A DNA stretch of 64,000 nt. Source: Mobula hypostoma. Lineage: Eukaryota. Made by a program: the position numbers and the translations under genes. Each line of letters opens with the position of its first letter. Positions within the stretch are counted from its first letter, which is position 1. Of this stretch, positions 11,325 to 22,244 are shown one piece after another. The stretch is taken from the NCBI RefSeq assembly GCF_963921235.1, contig NC_086097.1, positions 7,440,001-7,504,000 of the forward strand, read 5' to 3'. Below the pieces are notes generated by a model. The model did not search any database. It saw nothing but the letters and a program-made list of their open reading frames with translations, and had not been told where the DNA came from.

Positions 11325-11540
11325 ATACAGCCAATCAGCGATGAGATTTCCTCTCAATGTCACAATGGAATTTCCAAGATGCCAACCAATCAGCTGATTG
11401 AAAAATACAGTATATAAAGGCCAAGCGTTCGGAGCACACACCACATCAACAGCGTACTGACAATGTCTCCTCATATGGTTATGAAATGTTTGCAAGTAAA
11501 TTGCCAAATTCAGAGACCAACTCAACTTAACCATCAGCCA
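11325..11540 (+). mobile_element. PLE-type family-2 pseudo-LTR remnant (CCAAT, TATA, decayed hammerhead)
   Basis: CCAAT at 11331-11335 and 11386-11390, TATATAAA at 11411-11418, then ctgacaa-t-gtctcc-tcatat-ggttat-gaaa-t-gtt-tgcaag at 11457-11496. Confidence 0.55.
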
Positions 11541-11559
11541 AACAAACTATATGTCTCAC

Positions 11560-12870
11560 TGAGTCATAGAAAAGTACAGCACAGCAACAGGCCCTTCGGC
11601 ACATCTAGTCCATGCTGAAACCATTTAAACTGTGTTACGTACCCCGTAACTGGGTTGCCAAACCAGCAGAAATGGATCACTCAGTTGGAGTCTGGATTAC
11701 TAGAACTAAGAAAGTTTTATTAAAGAAACAAGCAACACAGTACTCTAATCAAAAGGATAATAAATGCAACAGTTCAGCAATGATGAACACACATGTACAC
11801 AGAATTAGGATAACAGGATCAATCAAGCTCTATCGTCGCCTAGGGGTAAATGACCAGTTTCAAAGTGACGCAATGTTCAGTTCAATTGAATTCAGTTCAG
11901 TTCGCAGTAACCACTGCCGTGGGATATGGACAGTGGGGGGAAGGAGAGAGAGAGAGCAAAACGAATGAATATTCAAACGGCTTCCACACAGACCTTCGAT
12001 ATTTTTCGCAGTCAGCTTTCGGGCGAGCCCTTTGTGATGTCTTCTGAGGTCACCGACTGTGACCCTTCCGTTTCCAGATACGATCGTTTCCCTGCGGTGA
12101 ACCTGGCACCCAGGCAAGGGCGGACACACACCAGGTTCCCACCGATTGTGCCTTTCCACCCTGTGCGTCTATGGCTTGGTCCCACGATCAGCCCTCCAAA
12201 GCTCCCACCGACTTGTGGGAGGCCCACCGCTTCCAGGGTCTCGTTACCTCGGGGTGTCGTGTGTATCTTGCCTTAGCGAACCTGTCCCTTTTTATCCCCC
12301 TGCTGGGGTATCGCCTGTCCATCACTTCAAACAGTTCAGGGTTCAAAGGGGGAGCCGATCTTGACAGCTCTCCTTCCGTTAAACTCTCCCGTCCCTTCAT
12401 TAACATCTCCAATTGCTGCTCCATTGTTTTCCTTATCTCTCTTTCTCCTGAAGACAGGTGGCAGACCAACTGCTGATCCCACTGGTGCCAGCACAGGACA
12501 GCTAACATCTTAATCTATGTGTATTCTCGTCACAACTGCCTACTCCCATCGACCTGCACTGGGACCATACCCCTCCGTACCCCTACCAGCCATGCATCTA
12601 TCTAAACTTCACTTAAGCATTAAAATTGAACTCACATGCAGCACTTGTGCTGGCAGCTCATTTCACAATCTCACGACCCTCTGAGTGAAGAAGTTCCCCC
12701 TCATGTTCTACTTAAACATTTCACCTTTCACCTTTAACCCATGATCTCTGGTTGTAGTCACACCCAACCACAGTGGAAAATGCCTGCTTGAATTTACCCT
12801 CTCTAACCCCTCATAATTTCGTATTCCCCTAGCAAATCTCCTCTCAACCTTCTATGTTCCAGGGAATAAA
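11560..12870 (-). mobile_element. CR1 LINE 3' end, split by a solo LTR
   Basis: Collinear with the uninterrupted copy at 59422-59800. Confidence 0.85.
11633..12534 (-). mobile_element. Solo LTR (902 bp, probably Gypsy-type)
   Basis: TGTTACG...CGTCACA inverted termini and a 4-bp TSD ACTG (11629-11632 / 12535-12538). Minus-strand AATAAA at 11716-11721 and TATA-like GATAAAAA at 12289-12296. Confidence 0.9.
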
Positions 12871-13807
12871 GTGTTCCGAATTATTTCCGATGTACAAGCT
12901 TAATTACCGACAGCATCGGAAATGAACTCAGAACTCCAATGTCCTGATCTGTAATTGTGTTATGTTGCTGGGTCACCTTAAATATGTATAGCAAAGAAGT
13001 CTTATTAGAAAATAAATTTCTCTTGCCGCATTTGTACATTCATAAATCTATCTAGAAAAGGGCCAATTGAAAACCTTGATAGTATTATTAATTTTTATAT
13101 TTTAGAGCACAAATCAAGATTGGTGCCAATCTGGAACTTGATATTGTGGGGCAATTGAAGTATCAAAATAAAGCATGAAATTTGCTTTCAACCTTTTTGA
13201 TTTTTCCCTTTCCATTTGCAGTTCAAAAATCATGGTTACAAGCCATTGGTTATGCCATGAGCCTTTGGTCTCCATTGATCCACAGAGACATCTGGCAGTT
13301 CTCAAAGTTAACCTGTTTTCTGTTAAAAAAAAACAATCCGTATGTCCCCGTAAGCAATGGAAAAGTAAGCAGGAATGTAGAGCTACTGACGCAACCTCGA
13401 GCAAGCATAATTATCTATCATAACAGCATAATGGGACAGGTCTGATCTATCACCCAGTGATTGGTGACATAAATTTTTCAGCTTTCACATTTGCCATTGT
13501 AAGCCTGTAACTATACTGTTAAACTTGTCAAGACTGATTGGCAAAGAGCTCTCTTTTGTTTGTTATGTACAGGATAAATATCCAGCAGCAATTTCTACTG
13601 TTGGAAAGCTTAGAGAATGCAAGCCGTAAACTTTTACGTTCACGGAGGACAGCTTCTTAATCAATTCACGTAGCCAAAAGGTAACAGTGGTGCAAAACAA
13701 GTTCAAGTTTATTGTTAACTAACTGCACAACCAAATGAAACAATGTTCCTCCAGACCACGGTGCACCAGTAACAAATATTATACACCACACATAAAACAG
13801 AAGTTCA

Positions 13808-14360
13808 TTCATTCAATTCGAGAGGACTAGAATATAAAAGCAAGGATTTAATGTTGACACTTTATTAAGTTCTTGTGACATCTCTCTTGGAGTATTGTGA
13901 GCAGTTCTGAGCCCCTTATATAAGAAAAGAAATGCTGAATTTGAAGAAGCTTAAAAGAAGGTTCACGAAAATGATCCCGGGATTGAAAGGTTTGTCATAT
14001 GAGGAGCGTTTGATAGCTCTGGGCTTCTACTCACTGGAATTCAGAAGAATGAGGGGTGACCTCATTGAAAGCTATCAAATGTTAAAAGATCTCAAAAGAA
14101 TGGGTGTGGAAAGGATGTTTCCCATGGTGGGGGAATCGAAGACCAGAGGATACAGGCTCGGAATAGAGTGGTGTCCATTTAGAACGGAGATGAGGAGGAA
14201 TTTCTTTAACTGGAGGGTGGTGAATCTGTGGAATTTGCTGCCACAGGCAGCTGTGGAGGCCAAGTCATTTGGTATATTTAAGGCAGAGGTTGATCGGTTC
14301 TTGATTAGTCAGAGCAGGAAAAGATATGGGGAGAAGAAAGGAGATCGAGGCTGAGAGGGA
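13808..14360 (+). mobile_element. CR1 LINE 3' fragment
   Basis: RRFTKMIPGLKGLSYEERL..RRMRGDLIE..RVVNLWNLLP. Confidence 0.9.
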
Positions 14361-14649
14361 AATGTAGTGCACAGTTCAGGTAAACAGGAAACTTATGGTC
14401 TTATGGTCTTCTGGTCTAAACAGTAAACGACCAAAATACTAAGATAAAGAAATAAAGTCTTGAGAGTTCACGGTAAAGCAGTTTGTTCAGAAATGAGTTT
14501 TATTTCATTAAAAAGGGAATCCTTCCATATTCCCCTTTGTTACATTTTTATATGAACTTTGTGTGGGGATATTGCATCAAATTTGGAACTGTTAGGTCAA
14601 AACTTATCCTGCTAATTTGTCCCGTGTAGAATACCAAGGCAGTGTCAAT

Positions 14650-14998
14650 TATTAAGCACTGCCAGCATCCAGGGCATGCCCTTTTGCTTATTGTTGCCAT
14701 CAGGTAGGAGGTACAGAAACTTGAAGGCACACACTCAGCGATTCAGGAACAGCATCTCCCCCTCTGCCATCCGATTCCTAAATGAACATTGAACCCTTGG
14801 ACACTATCTCACTTTTTAACATATTATTTCTGTTTTTGTACTATTTTTAATCTATTCAATGTATGTATACTGTAATCTATTTATTTATTTATTATATATT
14901 TTTCTTCTTCTATATTATGTATTGCATTGAACTGCTGCTGCTAAGTTAACACATTTCACGACACATGCTGGTGATAATAAACCTGATTCTGATTCTGA
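14650..14998 (+). mobile_element. Rex1/Babar-like LINE 3' end
   Basis: Closely similar to 40261-40617. Ends in aataaacctgattctgattctga. Confidence 0.8.
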
Positions 14999-16128
14999 CC
15001 AATTGTTAACATTGACTTGAGAATGAGAATCAGATTTATTATCACTGATTTACAAGATATATGTTTTTTTGTTTTGTAGCCCAGTTCACCACTTGACCTT
15101 ATTGTGAAGAGATGAGAACTGTAATGCATTCTCTCTTAGTGCCAAGAATTCATTCATGTGGTGTAAATGTCATTGTATCAGGTCATATTTAAATATCTTT
15201 TTTTCTGATTACCATGACCAATATTTTTAAGTACTAGCTTTATTTAATTTCTTGGATTTAAATAGCAGCAAAATTGGTGTTGAACTATCGTCAAAGTCAA
15301 ATTTAATTTATTCTCAAAGTACATGTATGCCCATATACACTACCTTGAGATTAATTTTCTTGCAGGTATTTACAAGAAAAAAAGAAATACAATCGAATTC
15401 ATGAAAACTATACAGAAACAAAGACCGACAAATAACCATTGGACAAAAGAAGACAAATTAAGCAATAAATAATCAGATATGGAGAGCATGAGATGTAGAA
15501 TCCTTCAAAGTGAGTTTGTACATTGTGGACTCAGTTCAGAGTTCAGAAGTGAATGAGGTTATCCACACTGTTTCAGGACCATCTTACATCATAGCCTGGA
15601 TGTTGGAACACTAATCAGGTAACGTAGCACACTATATTTCTACCTCTGGGCAGTAGAAGTGACACTAAAATTGACCTCAGCTTTCCTAAGCTAGCAACAG
15701 GAAAATCTAGTTCTGGTATTCACTCGTAGGTACAATCCCATGGCCCTGGAAAGTCTCCTTCTAGATGGATGGTGAATGAGTATATGATTAAGGTTTGCTC
15801 TGATGGTTAACATAGGAAGCTTTTGGAAGTTATTATCTGGGCTCACACTCAATGGAAGGCCCTTCAGGCAAAAGCTTGGACCTCAAAATAGGAATCAAAA
15901 TTAGGTTTAATATCACTGGAATATGTCCTGAAATGAGTTGTTCTGTAGCAGCAATATATTGTTATACATTATAATAAAAAGGTAGAAATGGCAATAAGTA
16001 AAGATAAATTAAATAAGTGGTTTCAAAAGAGAGCAAAAAAAAACAAAGAATAATGATGGAGTGAACATGGGTGAATTGTGCATCTGATGGCGGTGGGGAA
16101 GAAGGTGTTCCTAAAATGTTGAGTACAG

Positions 16129-17037
16129 AAGGCATCCCACCCTGCAAAAACTCATTTTAGGGAGGTCTCAACCTCATTTCAGGGAGGTCTCAATCGGAAG
16201 TCTCAACCTCATAGCAGTCTGTGTCAATGAATTTGTTACTTTTACAAGACGTAAGATTCATAAGTATTTTATGGGACAGCTGACTTCTGAATTCTGTCTT
16301 AATGTGATGCACCATGCTGAATGCCCTTTCTACATCACAATTAGAATTTGGCAGCACCAAAAGCAGCTTCATCAACTGGCAGAGCTCTTTGAATCTCAAC
16401 TGCCCTGTGCTCACAGATTTTACTTTGGACAGCTTATCCCCGAACTCATCAACTGGCAAACCTTTGTAGTTTGGCACCAGTCCTTCAAGGATAGTTCAGA
16501 CACAATCCGGGACTCACCTCAACATGTCTTTTACAGTCATTTAACCCACCATGGGCAATAGAAAGGTCACTGTTCCAAACAGTGCAGAGAGCAACACTGC
16601 ATTATTTTTGACCCCTATTAGGCAGGAGTACACTTTAGTGTAGTCTGGCGTGAGGTACATTTATATTTTCTTTTTTTTGGAACACTCTGCTATGGCACTG
16701 TAGGATACTAAACTGAACTGATGGACAATGAAAGAGAGAGAGAGGTCAACTCTAAAGCCTGCCCACAGAGAAAACTGATAGGTCTACATAGCACAAAGAG
16801 AGACCAATCAGAATGCTCTCTCTGTCACTCTCTCGCTACGTCTCTCTCTCTCTCCCTCTTCCTCTCTCCCCCCCTCTCTCTTTCTCTCTCTCCCCCTCTC
16901 TCTCTCTCGCTCTCTTGCTCTCTCTCTCTCTCAAAAAAATCAATTTCCGGGATATTGTATATAATTTGCGGGCATCAGGGAGCCGCTATCAATATGTGGG
17001 GCGACTCGGAGAACTTTTGGTAGAGATGGGATGTCTG
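16129..17037 (-). mobile_element. hAT DNA transposon deletion derivative
   Basis: ORF 16190-16477 LLLVLPNSNCDVERAFS..KTEFRSQL resembles the hAT C-terminal dimerisation motif. TIR-like ggcatccca / tgggatgtc. Direct repeat tgagtacag at 16120-16128 and 17036-17044. Confidence 0.8.
16817..16932. repeat. Imperfect (CT)n microsatellite inside the hAT element
   Basis: Visible ctctctct tracts. Confidence 0.9.
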
Positions 17038-17244
17038 AGTACAGGATCCTGTACTTCCTCCTTGATAGCAGAAATAAAGCCCAAGAAGAATCAAATGTTG
17101 AAATTGTTCTTTAATGTTGTCATGAAGTAATGGTCAAAATATCTATAGTCACCATTTTGAACAAAGCACAATTAATTTAGCAATTTATTTTGAAAGAGCA
17201 ACAAACTTATGCTGACATGGACATAATATGACTTACAGCGGACT

Positions 17245-18031
17245 GAGGTAAGTGTGAGGTGGTTCATTTTGGTAGGTCAAATATGATGACAGAATACAGT
17301 ATTAATACTAAGACTCTTGGCAGTGTGAAGGATCAGAGGGATCTTGGGGTCCGGGTCCATAGGGCACTCAAAGCTGCTGTGCAAGTAGACTGTGCAGTTA
17401 AGAAGGCCTTGGCCTTCATCAACCATGGGATTGAGTTTAAGAGCTGAGAGGTAATGTTTCAGCTGTATAGGACACTGGTCAGACCTCACTTGGAGTACTG
17501 TGCTCAGTTCTGATCGCCTCACTACAGGAAGGACATGGAAACCATAGAAAGGGTGCAGAGAAGACTTACAAGGATGTTGCCAGGATTGGGGAGCATGCCT
17601 TATGAGAATAGGTTGAGTGAACTCGGCCTTTTCTCCTTGGAGCGACGGAGGATGAGAGGTGACCTGACAGAGTTGTACAAGATAATGAGAGGCATTGATT
17701 GTGTGGATAATCAGAGACTTTTTCCCAGGGCTGAAATGGCTAGCATGAGAGGGCATAGTTTTAAGGTGTTTGGAAGTAGGTACAGAGGAGATGTCAGGTT
17801 AAGTTTTTTACGCAGAGAGTGGTGAGTGCGTGGAATGAGTTGCCAGCAACGATGGTGGAGGCGGATACTATAGGGTCTTTTAAGAGACTTTTAGATAGGT
17901 TCACGGAGCTTAGTACAATAAAGGGCTATAGGTAAGCCTAGGTAGTTCTAAGGTAAGAGCATGTTCGGCACAGCTTTGTGGGCCAAAGGGCCTGTATTGT
18001 GCTGTAGGTTTTCTATGTTTCTATGTTTCTA
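17245..18031 (+). mobile_element. CR1 LINE 3' fragment
   Basis: ERVQRRLTRMLPGLGSMPYENRLSELGLFSLERRRMRGDL and a (tttctatg)n tail. Confidence 0.92.
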
Positions 18032-18523
18032 ACTTCACTGGCCTCAACACTGAAATGATTTCACAATGTATAGACTCACTTTCAGGGACTCTACAACTCA
18101 TGTTTTCAATATTATTTCTTTATTTGTCTATCTGTTTGTTTGTTTAATCTATTTACTTGTTTATTTTTATTTGTAGAGTTTGTCTTCTTGTGCACATTGA
18201 TTGTTTGTCAGTCTTTGCGTGTAGTTTTTCACTGACTCTGTTCTGTTTCTTTGTATCAGCTGTTGAATGCCTGAAAGGAAATGAATCTCAAAAGAGTATA
18301 TGGTGAAATATATGTACTTTGAAAACAAAGTTACTTTGTTTTCAACTTTGAGTTCCTCTAAACAACCTCAAAAATGTTGAGTACAAAGCAAACCATTTGT
18401 TTGGCATATTACAAGATTTAACTCATTTCAGCATAATACATCTGTAACATCTACCATCTATAACATGCATTGGAGTCTTCCTCAATGGCTTCTCCCAAGC
18501 TCACAAAGTTTACCACTTAGAAT

Positions 18524-18818
18524 TGTAAACACAAAATATTCTGCAGATGCTGGGGTCAAAGCAACACTCACAACACGCTGGAGGAACTCAGCAGGTTGGG
18601 CAGCATCCGTGGAAATGATCAGTTAACATTTCGGGCCGGAACCCTTCATCAGGACTGAAGAGGGAAGGGGCAGAGGCCCTATAAAGAACAAATTTATAGG
18701 GCCTCTGCCTCCTCCCTCTTCAGTCCCGATGAAGAGTTCCAGCCCGAAACGTTGACTGATCGTTTCCACGGATGCTGCCCGACCTGCTGAGTTCCTCCAG
18801 CATGTTGTGAGAGTTGCC
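18524..18818. mobile_element. PLE-derived fold-back (hairpin) mini-element with a hammerhead motif on each arm
   Basis: 125-bp inverted arms (18561-18685 and 18693-18817) with a 7-nt loop. Hammerhead motifs at 18621-18656 (minus) and 18722-18757 (plus). Perfect 14-bp TSD ttaccacttagaat (18510-18523 / 18819-18832). Confidence 0.92.
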
Positions 18819-18904
18819 TTACCACTTAGAATGACAGGGCAAGGAGGTACATGGGGACCTCAGCATCAACAAGTTCCTCTCCAAATCATCACCTGACTTC
18901 TGAG

Positions 18905-19480
18905 GCCCTCCATTGGCTACGGTCAACCATAGATATTAGTTGTTTACAGCCTTAGCTGTTTACATGGTACACAAGCTGGTATGCAAGCCAAAGTACGATA
19001 TGGAGAGCAAGCTGTTACTCATGCAGTAGGCTCCCTGTCTCCACACATCTGATGGTTCCAAAGTAATGGTAGAGAACGATACAGTTTGGCACCAGTGGCA
19101 CTGCAGGAGTTGCCAGTCAGCATTGAACTCAACAATATACTGCCTTAGGGACTGCAGCTCTGAATTTTTCCTGGAGGTTTACTTCCAAAGCCTTTCCCAT
19201 GAGTGGGTATAGCTGCTAGACAGAGGATGTTTGACACTGAAGTTTTCCTTCTCCTCGATGAGCTGCCAATAATGGCTGACGAGCCCCATCTGCCTGAACT
19301 GTCTGGTTTTAAATCCACCATGGCCTCTTCTCCTGTCAGTAGAAATAGCTCTGGCAGGCTCAGTAGCTAAGCTGTATGTGAAGACCGAGAGATGAACTTA
19401 GTTGTCAGAGACTATTTGAAATGCACAACATTCAGAGCATTTAACAGGTAGTGGGAGGTAATCCCCACTTCAGCCCCACT
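18905..19480 (-). mobile_element. RTE-derived non-autonomous element (decayed)
   Basis: The minus strand reads ggcagctcatcgaggagaaggaaaact, an RTE 5'-UTR-like motif. Shares a segment with the SINE at 8375-8619. Confidence 0.6.
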
Positions 19481-19599
19481 CACACCCTGCCCCCAGATAG
19501 ACAAACCATACACTGCAAAACACTACATCATCTACCATTTACTGTTGAGGAATAAAATCTTGAAAGACATCACCTCTGAGAGAATGATTGACGGAATGC

Positions 19600-20101
19600 C
19601 TTCCACTGGAGAGAGTCCAGAGGAGGCTCACAAGAATGATCCTGGGAATGAAAGCATTAATGTAGGAAAAGCATTTGATACTCTCAGCCTGCACTTGCTG
19701 GTGTTTAGAAGAATGGGGGTGGGATCTTACTGAAACCCATCGAATACTGAAAGGCTGAGATAGAGTGGATGAGTAGAGAATGTTTCCTATAGTGGGTGAG
19801 TCTAGAACCAAAGGGCAACAACCTTAGAATAGAGGGGTATCCTTTTCGTACAGAGAAGAGTTGGAATTTCTTTAGCCAGATAGGATTCACTGGCAGAGAC
19901 AGCTGTAGATCACAAGTCATTGGGTATTTTTAAAGCAGAGGTTGATAGGCTCCTGGTTTGTCAGAGTGTCAAAGGTTACAAGGTGAAGGCAAAAGAATGG
20001 TTTTGAGAAGGATAATGGATCAGCCATGATGAAATGATGGACCAGACTCGATTGGACAAATGGTCCAATTTTGCTCCTCTGTCTTATGTTCTTATGGTCT
20101 T
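19600..20101 (+). mobile_element. CR1 LINE 3' end
   Basis: gagagtccagaggaggctcacaagaatgat through a tcttatggtct tail. Confidence 0.85.
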
Positions 20102-20760
20102 AACACCTAGATCACAGCACTTTAAGCGGGTAGGTCCCCACAAACCTCTCAGGGGTAAATGAATATTGGACTTACAACATCTAAATCCCAGAAAGGAATG
20201 AAAGAAATCAAATAGTACTCACTCATTTTTTTTTACTGGCAATCCTTATTGAACCACCATCTATTGATGGAAAATCTGAAACCATCAAACGCCTTTAATT
20301 TAAACTTTGCCTGTGCTCACACAGCACATGTTGGCCTGTCGTACAATGTTGTCCAAACTTCGACAACAAAGTGAATGTAGAGGGCAGTCAGGCTGAATGT
20401 GATTGCCTGTTTAAACGAGCTTTTAAACAAGAGTCACTGCTGGATCTTTGTGTGTAATTAGTCACAGATGGTAACTTCTAAAGACCTTTGAAAAAGACTT
20501 TCTTGCACCTGACAAACTGATGTTAAGTGCAAACTAATTTTGTGGGGCATTGGAATCACAGTAATGGTGTCTGTGGCTCCAGGCTATGGCCAGTGATACT
20601 GGCGGATTAGACAGAGTTTCTTGCTCTTTGTCAGCAGCCAGTGAACTACTGACCCACACTAACCTGCTTCAACACAACAGTGCTCCCTTCAGCTCACCTC
20701 CACAACACAGCAGCTGGCCGGTGCTCATGAATGGATATGTTTCAATGTAATTCTTGGCTC

Positions 20761-21020
20761 TTATTTATTTATTTACTGATCCAGCACGGAGCAAGCCCTT
20801 CTGGCCCTTTCAGCCATGCCAATCCAGCAAGCCCCAACAACCCCAATTAACCTTCACCCAATCACGGGACAATTTACAATGACCAGTTAATGTAGCTGGT
20901 GCGTCTTTGGACTGAGAGAGGAAACTGGAACACCGAGGGAAAACCCACGCATTCTGCGGAGGATGTACTGAGACGACACCGAGAGAGAACTCCAAACTCT
21001 TATGCCCCGAGCTGTAATGG
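20761..21020 (-). mobile_element. HE1/V-type tRNA-SINE
   Basis: Reverse complement of the 25947-26182 body, with a ttatt repeat tail. Confidence 0.75.
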
Positions 21021-21069
21021 CGTACCTCAGGCCTGGATACTGCACGGTCTGCTACATCTGTCCGTTACA

Positions 21070-22000
21070 CAAACAGTACACCATCGAGGGCAGGACTCCT
21101 AACAGTGTTGAAGAGGAGAGGGATCTCAGGTTTCAAGTTCATAGCTCCCTGAAAATGGCTACTCAGGTTGATAAGGTGATTAAGAAGGAATATTTGCTTT
21201 TATTAATCATGCATTGTGTTCAGAAATCAGGAAGTTATGTTGCAGCTTTACAAAACTCCAGTTAGGCTGCATCTTGGGTATTGCATGCAGTTTTGGTCAC
21301 CTCATTATTTGAAGGATGCTGAGGCTTTAGAGAGCTTGCAGAAGAGGTTTACCAAGATGTTCTCACAATCAAGAGAAATCTGCAGATGCTGGAAATTCAA
21401 GCAACACACACAAAATGCTGGAGGAACACAACGGACCAGGCAGCATCTATGGAAAAGATGGGTCTTCCGAGTTCTGTACCTTTTTTCATAGGTGCTGCCT
21501 GGCCTCCTGATTTCCTCCAGCGTTCTGTGTGTGTTACTAGGACGCTGTCTGGATTAGAGGGCATGTGCTATAACAAGACATTAGACAAACTCATATTGTT
21601 TTCTCTGGACTGGCGGAGGCTAAGAGGAGATCTGATGGAGGTTTATAAGATTATGAGAGGTATAGATAGAGTAGGCAGACAGTATCTTTTGCCTTTGGTT
21701 GAAATGTCTAATACCAGTGGACATGCACTTGAGGTAAGAGGGGCTAATTTCAAAGGAGATGTGAGGGGCAAGTTTTTACACAGAGAGTGATGGTAACCTG
21801 GAATGCACTGCCTGGAGTGGTGGTAGAGGCAGATACTTTAGGATCTTTTAAGAGATTTTTAGATAGACACATGAATGTGAGGAAAACAGAGGGATATGGG
21901 CATTGTGTAGGCAGAAGGGAGTAGGTCATTTGATTACTAAATTATTTAGTTTAGCACAACTTTGTGAGCTGAAGGACCTGTTGCTATTTGTACTGTTCTA
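21070..22000 (+). mobile_element. CR1 LINE 3' fragment, interrupted at 21362-21533
   Basis: EVMLQLYKTPVRLHLGYCMQFWSPHY and RRLRGDLMEVYKIMRGIDRV. Confidence 0.9.
21362..21533. mobile_element. PLE-derived fold-back mini-element lacking the hammerhead segment
   Basis: Inverted arms (acacacaaaatgctggagga..ctatggaaaa and ttttcatagg..tcctccagcgttctgtgtgt). The CR1 target is duplicated as ttaccaagatgtt (21349-21361) / ttactaggacgct (21534-21546); an intact target, ttaccaggatgct, is at 53821-53833. Confidence 0.75.
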
Positions 22001-22039
22001 TGATCCCTGTTGTAACTCACTGGTTAATGTGGATATCTA

Positions 22040-22240
22040 TTTGTTTATTTATTCAGAGATACAGTGTGAAACAGGCCCTGCTGCCCAGAAACCCAGCTGT
22101 TTAGCACTTGCCTAACCACAGGGCAATTTACAACGACCAATTAACCTACTAATCGGTACATCTTGGGACTGTGGGAGGAAACCAGAGCACCCGGAGAAAA
22201 CAAAAATGGTCACGGGGAGAAAGTACAAACTCCTTACAGG
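22040..22240 (-). mobile_element. HE1/V-type tRNA-SINE fragment
   Basis: Same body as 9330-9510 and 20761-21020. Confidence 0.7.
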
Positions 22241-22244
22241 GACA

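Noticed and set aside
11612..12508. Cluster of overlapping 65-118 aa ORFs as a compact gene set
   Set aside because: They fall within, or overlap the edge of, a GC-richer solo LTR and show no recognisable protein motifs.
19325..19470. HDV-like ribozyme at the 5' end of the RTE-derived element 18905-19480
   Set aside because: There are hints on the minus strand (ttcac L3-like, actga-caggag J4/2-P2-like), but P1, P2 and P3 cannot be paired in this decayed copy.
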